A DNA stretch of 64,000 nucleotides from Yuukianura sp. NJ FZ-2021 (lineage: Eukaryota). Positions 49,536 through 62,880 of this stretch are shown here, one piece after another; position 1 is the stretch's first letter; each line of letters starts with the position of its first letter. The translations under genes were made by a program, and so were the position numbers. The notes under the pieces were generated by a model. That model was not told the origin of the DNA. It did not search any database and saw only the letters and a list, made by a program, of their open reading frames with translations. The stretch is from NCBI GenBank assembly GCA_046563655.1, contig CM102284.1, positions 992,001-1,056,000 on the forward strand, read 5' to 3'.

Positions 49536-52500
49536 TTAGAGAATGTCGCTGTCTTCTCCAAATTGAATTTGACTTTTGTGGTGATTCCCGCCATTTTCAC
49601 AGTGTGTCGTGAGGAGTGCTGTTTCCTTGGTTGGGTTGTGAATGTTCGTGTCGTTGTTTGCCATTTGGTGGTCCATGAGTGTTCGTCGTCTGATTCTGCC
49701 ATTGGACAAGGTCACCTTGCATGCAATGACCTTTCGAAAAGCCTTCCGGAAGTTCTCGGAGAGGAAGGCGTAGAGAATCGGATTGACACAGGAGTTCATG
49801 TAGCCCAGGACATGAGCTGTGATCTGGATGCCTACAGTGATGTCGTTGATTTGATACAGATCCAGACTTCGGAGAACCAGAACCACTTGGATCGGGAGCC
49901 AACACACCGCAAACACTCCAACTACGACCACGACCATGCGTGTAACACGCTTTTTCCCACGCAGTGACTGGCGAGAAGCACCAGAACCACTGACGCTTTT
50001 CCAGAGTCGAAACAGCATGCCAAAGTAGAGGAGGCAGATGACCGTGAGGGGAATTGCGTACGAAGTTAACATGAAGATCAACTGGAATGCGACATGGTTG
50101 AAGTCCTTCAAAAATGTGCACACCTCGTGCTCTTCATATGCATATCTGAAAAAAATCAAAATTTTGAAAATTTCGGAGAAATTAAATATTTTCAAGTTTT
50201 TCCAAATTTCCAAGCTCGCTGTCCTCTCTGCCCGCGGAGAGCCAAAAGTGAAGTATAAAAGAATCCGAAGTGCTCAGCAAGGTTCGTAAACAAAGAAAAT
50301 GTTTTTCTACACCAGATTGTCCAATAACTCGGCTTTGTCAATTTTTTGCCAAAATTTTCAAAAACCAAATGAGTTAAACTTCGTCTCCATTTCTATGAAA
50401 ATGTTTGAATTTTTTTTAAACTTTTATTTTATTCTTGTGCAATTTCAAGTGTTCAAAGTTTAAAAAAAATGGGAAAATTTATAAACAAAATTATTTTGTT
50501 TATACATTTTATGGATTTAATGTTTATACATTTAAATTCAGCTCCAATAATTGGTGCTAAAAGTTGTTTGAAGCTAGATTTGTAAAAACCATGAGTTATT
50601 GCACAACTTGTTGCAGGAAATACGATTCCGTTGTCAAGTAACCTTGGTGGTTAGAACCAAAAAATCCTAATCATATTTTAACGGTTCATTAAAAATAATT
50701 AATCTATTTTCAGATTATTACAGAAAATGAAAAAGTGAGCTAAAGAAGGTGTGTGGGAGTGAAAGTTTTTCGTGGGCAAAAGAGTCGAATAACTTAGGAT
50801 ATTGTAAAGGAAGTGAAAAGCTCAGTCTTTTGAAAAAGAGAAAGTGAGTGGGTGCCTGGGGCAATGTGAGATATGGAACAAAACGGAGAATTCGTGCGTT
50901 GTTTTTCAGTGAATTTCTGATTGTTTACTTTTGTGCTATGGAGTGGAAATATCGGATTTCAATTTGAAGGGTTTCCTGTCATTGGTGGTCGGAAAAGTAG
51001 TTGGAGCGGTAAATTTTTTATTTTAAATTCTACATGCTTTTCGGATTCCATTTTTCACAATTCACTTTTACGAATTCTTATTTTACAAATCCTACATCCC
51101 CTAACTCTGCACTTTTCGGATTCTATTTTTTTTAATTCGAAACTTTCCAAATTCTACATTTTTCACTTTTCCAGTTTCGAATTTATTTTTCCAGACGTAG
51201 GCATTCTCAAATTCAAAGTTTTCAAATTCTATAGTTTTGAAATTCGATTTTTCAAATTTGAGTGTGCATTGGAATGAGTGTTTGAAATCAGTTATTTTGC
51301 TCATTGTGGCGTGATGACCTTGAATTGTCTCAGCGGGGGGAGTTGGGCGCTGACGTCCAAACTCAGCATGAGTTTAAGTCCACGTCCATTTTTTTACTAA
51401 ACGGAAAGTTGAAAACAACTAAAAACCACCACAAAGTAGACGAAAAGTGTCAAGTCGCCCAAGATGTCACTCAATTTTCAACTTTAACTCCTCGTCACCT
51501 TGAAAAAAAAAACTTTTTTCCAGCTCGTGTTTGATTAATCCACTCTAACGTCAACATGTCAGCAATTTCAAAGAATTTGCAACTTCAGCGCCTCTGCAAC
51601 TTGTAGACTCCTCCCACTTCAATTTGTGGATTAAAACTCAGTCAACCGTGTTTTGCTAACCACAGCACACAAGTTTTTGAAGAGTCAAATTGTCCTGCTC
51701 CCCCTCCCACTCCCAGTGAAGGTCCACAAATACCCGGAAAAATTTTGAATTTGGTGGGTTTTTAACTAAAAAGTCCGAAAACATCCGCTTTGTCCGCACG
51801 AGCGAGCAAAGCTTCGAACGTGTGAGGGAGAGGGAGGGGGGGGGGCAAAAGATTTGTGTGTTGAATGACGTGGAAATAATTCATTCCCACCCCCGCCACT
51901 CCCCCCACCCACTTCGGTTTCAAGCGTAATCACAGACATTTAGAACGGCACAAGAGAAATAGAGAAAGGAAGTGAAAGCAAACTTCCATTTCGCTGCTCC
52001 TCCCAAACACAAGTCAATCTGCATAACTTACACTTTAATAACTTCCGTCACCATCATCAAATTCACTTCTGTCAGTTAGGCTAACAAAACCTAATCACGT
52101 TAGGTTAACCTAATCACGTTAGGCTAACAGAATTAACTGGACAACATGAGCAGGTTAGGCAAAAGTAAACATCAATTTTCAAGAAATAACCGCGGAGTCA
52201 AAAAATTACCGAAATTAGAATCTCACTTCCAAAATTAGCTTTCATTTTGAAAGGTCGCAGATATTAATAAAATGCACAGTTTAACAAGAAAACTAAATTC
52301 CGCATGCTATAAACGTGTTTGAGAGAGAGTAGCTCAAAATGTCGGAATTCGATGATTGCTAGATAGCTCGATGGACTAGAGCATCTTCCCGAAGTGAGGG
52401 TTACGAGTTCAAATCCCTCTAGGTTCGGTTAGCCCCCGCCCACAAACAACATGTTTTTTTTTAACTTTGAAACGCAAAAGGGATTGAATAACTTATTTAT

Positions 52501-55500
52501 ATCTTCAATTTTTTTTTTGCTTTTGTTTATGTAAACGATAAAGTTGATTTGTCCTTTTCTACTTGTTTTTCTCCAACTTCCTTTGTGTATTTTTGATATG
52601 TTTTCATGAAAATATTTAAGGTAACACGAGTCTTTCGTATAAAATAGAGATGAGACTGCTTTCGACTCCAATTTCTCTTTTGTTTCAACTATTTTAGTAG
52701 CTCCTGGAAGGCTCTTCGGAGCTAATTAGTTCCAAGTAATTACAATGGAAACCAAGCTATATAACCTCCAAAAGTCACCTCTACTTTTAATTAGTCCGAA
52801 TGACATGTTGACACGCCAGTACTCCGACGTACTGTGACCTCCGACCCAAAATATACCTGCCATTGTGCCATTTTAGCTCCTGTTTATGAAGTTTCCAAAC
52901 TCAAAACAATGTTCTCACAATGCCCCAATCAGTTTGAAATTCCATCCACCCTCTTACTAATTTCAGAGTTGTGCGCAGTGCTGCCGGGATTTTACTTAGA
53001 AAAAACACATAATTTTGATAAAGCACAACTCTAAGGGTGGATCAAGGGTCGTAAACAACAAAAAAACTTTTCTACACCAGGTTGTCCAATAACTGGAAGT
53101 TTTAAAATTTGTTTGAAGAAAAATATGCCTTTCTATGGATATTTTTTGCATGTAATGTAAATGGGATTGATTGGTGCAGAATTGATGCAGTTTGTTTGAA
53201 GTAAGATTTTTGGAAACCCTGAGGTATTGAACAACCTGTTGTAGGAAATACAATTTGTTGTATTTTGCTTGTCAAGGAACCTTGGGGTTGATAGACATAT
53301 CCCCCATGTTTTAGAGTTTTGCACCTCTGTAGGGGCAACGTGAGAACTTTTAGAGGTCGATGTACTTTCCGACCGGGTTCAAATTCACCTTAAACTTCAT
53401 TTTAATTTCAATTTGACTTTTTCCATAATTTTTCAAAATGTATTGAAATTCAAAAGTTAAATTTTAATTGAAAATATTATAGTCAGCAAAAAGATAAAAT
53501 CTCAATCTACCTATTATCATGGTTTTCAGAAAACTGCCTCGTTGCAACTTTCTTTTTCACTTTTTGGTAAAATGTAAGTAAAAGTAAAATGCAAATGAGG
53601 AAGTGAATTGATTACTCCTGTTGAGAATTGTATCTCGGAGAGTAAAAAATGAAATTAGTCTTCGTACTACCAGCATACAGTAACAAGTTTTGTGTGAGTT
53701 TCGTAGTTTCAGGAAAGTGAGCTAGGTCTCTTAATTTTGTTCATTCTCCAGTTACTTTTAAATTAAAATTTGTACTTTCTACTTCCGTTCGTTCTCCATA
53801 GGAAACAAAGAGAGTAAAGCAGAACCTCATTTTAATTAAAACACTAAAAGCAACTCCACTTTATTTCCGCTTCCGCCTCAAGTTCAAACCTTTCTCTTTT
53901 CTCCAAAACACACTTTGTATCCCCCCCTCATTAGGTTGACCCCCCCCCTCTCCGGGAGAAAAAAGTTGACCCCCCCCCTTCCAGAAAAAATTAACTCCAC
54001 AGGAGAAAAATTGAGATTCACTTACTTTGAAGTCTCAAATTTCAAGAAGTTTGGGATCAACATGTTTACTTCATGTAAAGGGCATTTCCAATGTCAAAGT
54101 GACATTCAAAGGTCATTCACCTTGAACTTTTTTTTTAGATTTCTGAGCTTTTGTTAAAGTTCTGAGGAAGTGGTTCTACTACATTGCTTTCTTCCACTCC
54201 GCAGCCCAACTTCAATTCAACTTTCGTAAATGACATCTCGCCTTTCACTTTTAAAGTGAAAGTGCTTTTCCATCAGATCCCAAAATAAAAAACAAGTGCT
54301 GCTAAAATTTGTAAAACTCAAAAGTGTGTAACCGCAGAGTGCTTAGCTTTTAGCCCAAACTCAAACTTCCAATCACTTGTTTCAAAAAAAAAATGTAACT
54401 TTTTTTTTATTGTAAAAAGCCTTTTAAATTTTCATTGCGTTTGCTTCTTATTCTTTTAGAACATTAGGAATTCCATAAAGTAAAATTGAAGATGGTTGGA
54501 AGTTCAGGACGTAAAATGCGTGGGTTAAGAGATATGGGAACAAACTAATTGCTTTTTTAGGCGGAAGAGTAACTGCATAAAAGTGGATACGAACAAGGGA
54601 GCGGGAAATTTAAACTTCCAGTTTGAAAGTGCACTTAATCCGGAAGAAATTCCAATGAAAGAGAAACCGCCTCCTTAAGACTCTAGCTTCATTTCTCCTC
54701 TAAATCTTTTCCCGCGCAGAAAGCGCGGAATATGAAACGGTTTAAGGAAATTAAACATAAGTTAGTCTAATAAACCTAAGTTGAAACTGGGCTATAACCT
54801 AAATTAAATTAGGTTATGGCCTAACATAACCTTAAACGGAAACAAAGTTTATTCAAAATTTTCATTTGACTAAGCTCGACCAATTTTATTAGAAAACTTA
54901 AAAAATTAATATCGATTTGTTCAAAAACTTACTTTAAATGGGAGCTAAAAACTGCCAATAATTTTTGGAGTAGAAAGTTTTCAAGGAGAAATTCTTTTTT
55001 CATTTTTGGGGAAGGAGATCTTGGAATTCGAAAATTTGAAAATTTAATAGGCGTACTTTTAGATGTAAGATAAATTTGGAGTCATATTTTTTTGAAGTTT
55101 GTCGATGTCAAGTGACACTTTTCAACTCTGATGTCTAGATAAAATTTTTATTGAAACTCGAAAGATTTTTGCATTCCTTTTTTTCCGCTTGAGAAACTCT
55201 TGTTATCGTCAATCTCGAGTCAAAAGTTCTTCTTTTGAGAGGAAGATCATGAAGAGATTTTTGAGAATCTTGGAACATCTTTGAAAAAAAAAAGTTTCCG
55301 TGAATTTATCCATAAAAGAAAACCTGAGATGTGGATCTTCCTTCCTCTCCCGAAATCTGCACATTTTTTTGAATGTGCTCAAAACTCCGTTCAAATAAAT
55401 GTCTCTCCTGCCTTATCCAGTCATGCGGAAAAGGCACCATTTTATTCCGCTAACCAACCACTCCATGGGAGTTGAAGGGCCCTTACAACCACATAGAGAC

Positions 55501-58500
55501 ACCTCAAGGTCGCCCTCCACTTGACATTCCGCATGTCACATGACTCAAATACAACACATTCACTCAGTTGATAAAATAAAAAAAAAACTTTTATTTTACT
55601 CCAGGACTCGAACCTATACCTACCGAAACCAAGGGAGATGCACTGACCGCAGGGCATGTGTACGGAAAGTCGTAAAGTGGACTTTAAAGTTTAAAATCCC
55701 GCTGGAAGTGGATAAGTTTCAATTTTAGTGTTTCTTGACTTAAATTTTAGTATACTTTGTGGCAGCTGAGTGTAAAGTTGCATGTTGATGCAGTCTACTT
55801 CTTAATTCAGTGTGGTTTTGAGAGGGGAGAGAAAGTTGATGGTTGGAGTGGCAGGAAACCCTAGGGAAATTCTATCATTTAACTTGATGAAACTCAACTT
55901 TGAAGTGGTAGCTCAACTTTCACTTTCAGCATTTTAAATTATCCACTCAAGTCTTCAGGTTCTAACATACAAAAAGGGATATGCTACTAACATAACTTAT
56001 TCCCCCCAAAATAATACCTTCTGTAAATTGATTACAGGTTATGAAGTTTAAACACACTCACATGCTTGGAATAACATAGCCTGAACATAAAAAAAATACA
56101 AAGCCCGAGTGGGAGTCGAACCCACACCTCATTAATCCGAGAAGGCGTTTTATTCCTCTGAGCTATCGCAATATCTTCAATGTATGTCTTAATCCTGCCA
56201 CTCAATCCTCATTCTAGGCAAATTAGACATTTGTGGGGGAGACACTCTAAGCGTAGCTGAACTGCTTTCTAAAGAATTATGAAAAATGAGCTCAGACCAA
56301 TGGAGTAGAGCGTCTTCCTAGTCATGAGGGGAGGCGAGTTCAAGTCCAACTCGGGTCAACCATTTTTTTTTGTTGTTAATTTGACGCTATTTTGAGTGAA
56401 AAAATTTGCTTACTCGTTGATTTCGAGTCCATGGGCGAGAAATGCGGGTAGACATGATAAGAGAATGATGATCCACGTGATGGCAATGGCCATCAGGGTG
56501 TTGTGTTCTGTTCTGATGCTGATGGATGCTACAGGGTAGACAACAGCCAGAAATCGGTCCACTGACATCAGGACCAGCGTGTTGACAGATGCATAAGCAG
56601 TGACAATGATCAGGTACTGCACCATTTTGCACCAGAGCAACCCGAATGGCCAGTAGGACAGAATGTAGTCCGTGGCAGTGAATGGGACGCAGAAAACAAT
56701 GAAAAGGAGGTCAGCCACTGCTAAGTTAATGATGAGTAGGTTGGTGGTGTTTCGCATTTGGGCATTTGAAGCCACCACCAGAACCACCAAAGCATTTCCA
56801 AACAGCCCCACCACAAAAATGATTCCGAACAGAACCGGAACGACGAACGACACAATCCGAGCCAACTCCACATTCTCCTTGGATTCACCCTGAAAGAGAA
56901 AATTTCAAAATTCAATTTTACACTTCAAAGTAAGTATATTAACAAACCTCCCAAACTTTCAAAATTTAAAAAAAATGATTGGAAAAAAAACGAAATTTAT
57001 TTTTAGAAGGTCTTCTATTCAGAAACTGTTCTGAATTTCTTAGAAAAAGTTGAAGCGGAACGATGCATAAAGTGTTTTGATAGAAAAGCACAAACGAGCG
57101 CAGCAAGGTGCACTTTGAAGTTTTCGGAAATTACGAGACTTTGTAACTTTCCAATTTGCAAAATTTCCTGGAGGTTGCAAATAATAAGCGGAAGGTTACA
57201 CAAAGGAAGAAGCCTGTCAAAAATCTCCAGCCTCAGGCTATGCATAATCGTTACGTGCAAAGTGAAAGCATTATTTAGGCACAAAGCAAACAATTGGAGA
57301 CACCAACAACAGGAACAAAAGGGGCGGGAACAAAAGCTACCACGACCATTCAAAACAGTTATTTCCACTTTGTTGACAAGATTAATTGAGTTTTGTGTTT
57401 AAAGCCCGGTTGAGCATAAACTAAATTATGCTTCCGCTACTACCGCCTGCTGCAACACTCAGTCAGTTATACAGTCTAGGTCGGTAACACCCAAATGCTG
57501 AGCAGTCTAGGCCGGCTCAACCCCCAGAATCAAAATGATATAAAAACAAGTTAAACTTTGTTAGAAATGTATAAAACATTCAAAAAACATAAAAAATTAA
57601 AAATGATGCTGTCCAGCATAAGCCGGTCCAACACCCAGAAAACAGAACAGTCTAGGCCGGTCCACCGTGACACCAGAAAATCTGGAGCTATTTAATTGTG
57701 ATAAATAGGCTCTTACTTTTCCTAAAGTCTTCTCATATTTTCCATATAATGCCCCACGTGGGGAAAATTTGCAAACTACTCAAATCTACCACAAAATCTC
57801 TCCCTTGCTCCAACCACAAAATTGCCTCGCAAAACACCAGAATACTAAAAAGTTGTGTCTCGACCTGGGCTGACCTTGTTTCTGGATTCACGTCCCCCGA
57901 GACAACTCAGAATTAATTGAAAGTTGATCCAATAAAACCCAGTTCTCTCTCTACCCTAATTTTATATTGCCCACTACACTTGCTGGGGAAGTTGGTGCTT
58001 TAGGAAGCAATAAAAACGGAAAGTGAAAGTATGTTTTCTCCATGCACTAAAAGAGCACGGAAATGGAATGCTCAAATTCAACTTTACAATTTTGGTCCAC
58101 GAAGCTACGATGCGCTTAAGTTTTTTTTTTTGCTGACAAGCGAGAGTGTCAATTCTGCACAACCTGCACAAGACACTTTTTCAAAAAACGAAAAAAATAC
58201 GGGAGTTAACAATGGACGGAGAAAGTTTGATAATTTTCAAAGCATTTGGATTTGACAGGATGACGGGAAGCGATATCACTTTCTTTATAAGAAATCCAAT
58301 AAGAAAATATTCAAGAACAGGAGTGTATTCTAGGCAGACATGGTGGAATTGGATTCAAAGTCAGAACAACTGTCCAGTCCACTACCTCTACACTCAGGAA
58401 AAATTATTATAAAATACTAAAAAACTGTAAAACAAAATATAAAAACACTATAATAACTGAAACTTATTCTATTTTAATAGAACTGCGAGGAAAAGTTTGT

Positions 58501-61042
58501 TGGAGGAGGTTCGTGTCAGAGTTAAAGAGGAAATGTGGTAAAAGCATGCTTTCACTTTGGCAATTCTCTTTTTCAATTTAAAATTATAGGGGTCCTGACG
58601 GCGACGGAGTGACTGAAGGTGACTTCAGCAGTGAGTGACACACGATTAGAGTGGGATTTGCCCAACTCTGACACAGTTCTAACCCACTTTTGTCTTCCAA
58701 GACACAAGTATAAGGTGGAAGGAACATTAGGGTGACAGAAAAGTGCAAGAAAACAAACTGAACCGAGGTAGACTCGAACTCACGTCTCCCTTATCCAGAG
58801 AGACGCTCTAGTCCACTGAACTATCCGCTCTTTCCCACAATTCTATTGGATCTGCCGTCAGAAACGTCATAAAACCAAAAAGGATTACTTATAATTTTTT
58901 TTTGACGTAGAATTTGAATTAGAGAAAGGAGTAAGAATATGGTTATGGTAAGTTAGAGTAAGCAGAGTGTGGTTCCTGTTTCTCAGCCTGTTCCTGCATA
59001 CAAATGAGTCAAGAAAGCACACAAAACTTGGAACTTTACAATTGGTTAGCGTGCAGAGCTACTAAAAGTGCGCCAAAGTTTGAAGTTTTGGACATTGACA
59101 GGGAGGGAGGGAGGCAATTTGTCTTGGTTAAGGTCCTTTGGGCGCTGAGTTATTTACAAGACAGACTTTAAGCCATTCTGCATTTGCCCAGTTCAAAAAC
59201 ACACTAACAATTCCACAGAATCCGACACAATTCTCAGCCTACACGCAAAACAAAAAGTGAAAATAACTTTCACTCTGGTCCTGCTGGGACACAAAACAAC
59301 TTCTTCGCCAAACAGCTGAAAAGTTACGTTTTTTTGAATTTTTTTTTGTAAAACTCCATGACGTAACAAAATAGAAGACATGAGCTCGGAAAAATTTTTT
59401 CTAAATCAAAATTGATTTTTAAAATTTAAGAGCGTAGCAGACTTAAAAATTTTCTAAAAAATTACTTTGAACACCAAGAATAACTTTTAACTCAAATGAA
59501 CTAGAAAACTCCCAAATGCTTTCAGATATGCAAACAAATTGAGTTTTCATAGGACTTTTTTAACTTTTTTGTAAAGTAATTTTCTTCGTTTTCAATAATT
59601 GGAAGCTCTATAAATAATTTCCCAACTTTTGCAATTATTTTGCTTGTAATGCTTACCAAAACTTTCTCTTTTTTTAATGTTGTTTTTCTTTTAGATTGAA
59701 AATGAAATTAATCGAAATTGAAATTTGTGTGTTTGGAAACTTTGTTGTTGTAATTTGATTCTTTTGTTAGTCTCGAGAGCTTTTCTTTCTCTCTCACTAA
59801 TACTCGCCCACACACTCAAAGTGAAGAATCGCACAATAGTTTTACGTGTTTGGACCACGCAAAAAATATTTGCTTGAACAAAGAAACATTTGCTAAGGGT
59901 TCCAAGCCATTTCGTCGAATGAATTACCGCGAAACGAATTACGTCGAACTCTAATTTTGACTTACTTCGAAAGTCAAAACTTTTCACGAAACGTAGTTGT
60001 TAAGCAAACAAAACGTAATCTTGATAATTTCGAGCTTAATCAAAACCAACTTTATGGTTTCCGATACTAACTAACTTATTTTTACTTTTACAAACAAAAA
60101 CAACTTTCGCAGTAATTCGATTTTCGAAGTAATTCGTTTCGCAGGAATTTATTCGACATAATGGCATCCAAAAAGAAAAACGCAAAAACCATGCAATACA
60201 AAATGGAATCATTTTTCATCCAAACAAACTAACTCAATTCATACTACACAACCAACCAAGATTAATCCAATTTGTGCTACAAAAACTAACAAATGAGGCT
60301 GATATTGAACATTTTTGAAGTATAAGTTCGAGATTTAGTATGCAGGGAAGTTAAGCTTTCTTGTTTAACTTAATTAATTACATCAATTAACCTACTTTTG
60401 TTCCACGGATCACCGAAAATCAAAGTTAGCATGATTTCCTGTTTAAATTTTTCCAAAAATTTAATTTTTTTTAAACTGTCTTTTAGGAAAAAGTGAAATA
60501 TGAAATGAATTCGTTAAAGTTTTTGTGTGGAGAAAATTTGTTTGAAGCTGAAACCAAAAGTGTGTCGTGGTGTTTTGACAGGGCGTTTCCCTTGAGAAGT
60601 CTTTCAATTGAAACAGTCCCAATTGGATTTGTGGTGACTTTGACAAGTTGGAAACCACTTTTACAAAATGGCGCCAAAATGTTCAAACTTCGAAGTTTCC
60701 AACTGCATTTTCCAAAGACAAGTGGTTTTAACAATTCGTTTACAAACTGCAGTGAGACATGAAATTTTTGGTTCGAATTGCTTGTGTTTCTGTTAAAATA
60801 TTTTATGCAAATTAAAAATTAAGTTCCGAGGAAGCCTGGTTTTCCTGGAACTTCAAATTTCCCTCGAAATTTAAAAAACGTTTTTTGAAATTTTTTTTTT
60901 TTTGAAAAATTTAAAAACAATTGTTTGAACGTACCTTGTAGTCTATGAATGAAAAAGACTTGTTACAGAAGACGGATGATTCGGTGAAGTTGTTAAACGT
61001 AGAACTATTTTGGCACAGGAAGTATGGCACGGCGTCTTCCAT
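49536..61042 (-). CDS. AstA-R: Allatostatin-A receptor (galanin-receptor-like class A GPCR), ~397 aa; exons 60935-61042, 56414-56889, 49536-50145
   Basis: GLFGNALVVLVV, NLLIINLAVADLLFIVFCVPFTATDY, WPFG, MSVDRFLAVV, RGKKRVTRMVVVVV, CWLP, YMNSCVNPILYAFLSENFRKAF; N-terminal exon with N-glycosylation sequons; junctions in phase (1194 nt). Confidence 0.9.
50304..50620. mobile_element. Degenerate Tc1/mariner-like MITE
   Basis: Ends TTTCTACACCAGATTGTCCAATAACT / GAGTTATTGCACAACTTGTTGCAGGAAA; same family as 53068-53248. Confidence 0.5.
52361..52428 (+). mobile_element. tRNA-derived SINE-like head
   Basis: GATAGCTCGATGGACTAGAGC...GAGTTCAAATCCC. Confidence 0.55.
53068..53248. mobile_element. Tc1/mariner-like MITE
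   Basis: Imperfect TIRs TTTCTACACCAGGTTGTCCAATAACT / AGGTATTGAACAACCTGTTGTAGGAAA. Confidence 0.55.
56102..56362. mobile_element. Head-to-head pair of tRNA-derived SINE-like heads (56102-56168 minus, 56288-56362 plus)
   Basis: A- and B-box-like motifs in opposite orientations beside AstA-R exon 2. Confidence 0.55.
58762..58827 (-). mobile_element. tRNA-derived SINE-like head
   Basis: Reverse strand GGATAGTTCAGTGGACTAGAGCG...GAGTTCGAGTC. Confidence 0.55.
59906..60165. mobile_element. Foldback/MITE-like element with ~40-bp imperfect inverted ends
   Basis: GCCATTTCGTCGAATGAATTACCGCGAAACGAATTAC versus GTAATTCGTTTCGCAGGAATTTATTCGACATAATGGC; a related left end lies at about 17507-17590. Confidence 0.6.
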
Positions 61043-61925
61043 TATAGACTTTTGTGTTTGCTTTTTTTTTTTTGAAAATTTTTCAAACTTTACGACTTTT
61101 TCTGAAAATCTGAACAAAACCGCCAGTGAAGATGAAGATTTGTGGCAGGTGAGAAGTGGGCGTGTGAAGTGGCTACAAATTACTAAAGAGGTTTCGTTTT
61201 GTTTGTTTTTGTAATGTGACAAGGATTTGGCAACAGGCCAAGGTCAATGTGTCAACAGCTTTGTGTCCAGACGTCACTTAATTACTCTTCATCTTACGCA
61301 AAGATCACTGTGTCACAAAGATTCAGAAGATGATCTCATTCTTTCTGTTTTTGAAGATGATTGCTGAAATTTGAAATTTCAACGTGCTCCACTTTCACTC
61401 CAATTTCACCCGAATTCCACTTCAAAAGGGTTTTCAATTTCAGTTCAATTTCGGTTTTTTCAATTTCAAAGTATGTTCAAAGTTTCAATTTTCTTTTCTG
61501 TACTTGATTGTTTTGAGTTTCCGTTCTCATCGTAAAGTTGAATTTTCCTTCTTCGTTTTATTGGGATCAATTTTTTTTAGTCTTTTGAAGTGTGGTGCTT
61601 CACTTTTTTGTGGTTTGCTCTCGTTAGTGGTTGAAGTGTCCGACTTAACCGAGAATTAGATCAACCTCAATTCCAGGAGTTGACCAATCACCTTCCTTTC
61701 AGACAAAATATAACTGTTGTCAGAATTTTGCTTTGGTTTCTTCTAAACGTTCAGACGAAATTCAGAAAAAGTTCAGAAATTCAGCAAAGTTGAGAAACAG
61801 AAGTCTGCGATCTGAAAAAAAACAAATTATGAAATTAGTTTTTATGAACGTAAAAGCATTTTTCTTTCAAAATTTCAAAACTCTTGGAGGACGAAGAGAG
61901 AGTTCAATTTAATTCGTAGTCGTTT

Positions 61926-61938
61926 GTTGCCTAGCAAC
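61926..61938. promoter_or_regulatory. X-box-like RFX site upstream of AstA-R, next to a CRE-like TGACGTGA
   Basis: GTTGCCTAGCAAC, about 0.9 kb upstream of the AstA-R ATG. Confidence 0.45.
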
Positions 61939-62814
61939 TGGAGATCTGATGACGTGACCTCCATTGGGTTTGCTTAGTGGCAGAGAAAGTGGAAAGTGTG
62001 ATTTCTCCAGGAAACGGGGAAATGAAACTGACATTTTAGTGACATGCTTCATTAATCCCATATCTCCCCTCTAGAACGAAAGACAGGAGCTAATGAGCCA
62101 CAACCTAACCAAATAAGTTTTTAGCCCCACCACGACTTGTGGTGGCTCACTTGCCCCACCAAAGGGCGGTTCCATATCCGGTTATGAACATTTGCATTAG
62201 GTTTTGAATTTAGTGCAAATTGAGCAAGAGATTGACGTGTTAGATTTTGCAACAATATGGATGACATTCCGTGTTACGTGACCTCGGACATGTGTCAATT
62301 CCGCTTCGTTTATTCATGTGACGTCCATCAATTACAGCGGGTATTAGTTTTCCGTAAAATTTCGGAGTTTTCCGGAAAATGTTCGGAATTTCCAGGAAAA
62401 CGGAATGACGGATTAGCATAATGTACGCAAATAACTCTTGCACAATGGCGTGCCTGCTGGTCATGACGTGTTAGGGTGACACTTTTTTTAAGAAAAGTGA
62501 AAACGCAGCGGGCACTCCCTTTGTTTGAACAAACTGGTTTCAAACGCCCACTAACTTTATGAAATTTTTTTGAAAATTTTTTATGAAACACGCCTACCAA
62601 CTTTTGGCACTTTTTTTAAAAAGTGAAAACCAGTAAATTGCCGATTCCGGTGAAATAATTTGCGTAATCAGCCTAATGATAGGTTATGAAAAATGGGCGT
62701 TGCGGGTGCGGCAATTTCAACGAAAAATATTTCTACGAAAAGCATTTGTGCAGAAAACTAAAAAAAATAAGCAGGAGATCACCAGTGTCTAAACATAGAA
62801 TTCCAGGAAATGAG

Positions 62815-62880
62815 ATTGGCTGAGGGGCTAGAGCATCTTCTCAGAAAGAGAGCGGCATGGGTTCGATTCCTCGTGGGTTC
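62815..62880 (+). mobile_element. tRNA-derived SINE-like head
   Basis: TGGCTGAGGGGCTAGAGC...GGGTTCGATTCC followed by T-runs. Confidence 0.5.

Noticed and set aside
57470..57680. Four degenerate CAGTCTAGGCCGG...CACCCAGAA repeats
   Set aside because: Probably transposon subterminal remnants; no boundaries or target-site duplication found to support a call.
50200..60900. Many 60-120 aa ORFs within the AstA-R introns
   Set aside because: Phe/Lys/Asn-rich translations of AT-rich intron sequence, with no motifs or splice-consistent models.
27015..62880. Functional tRNA genes
   Set aside because: Acceptor and anticodon stems do not pair consistently and the copies are mutually divergent; treated as SINE-like heads pending tRNAscan-SE.
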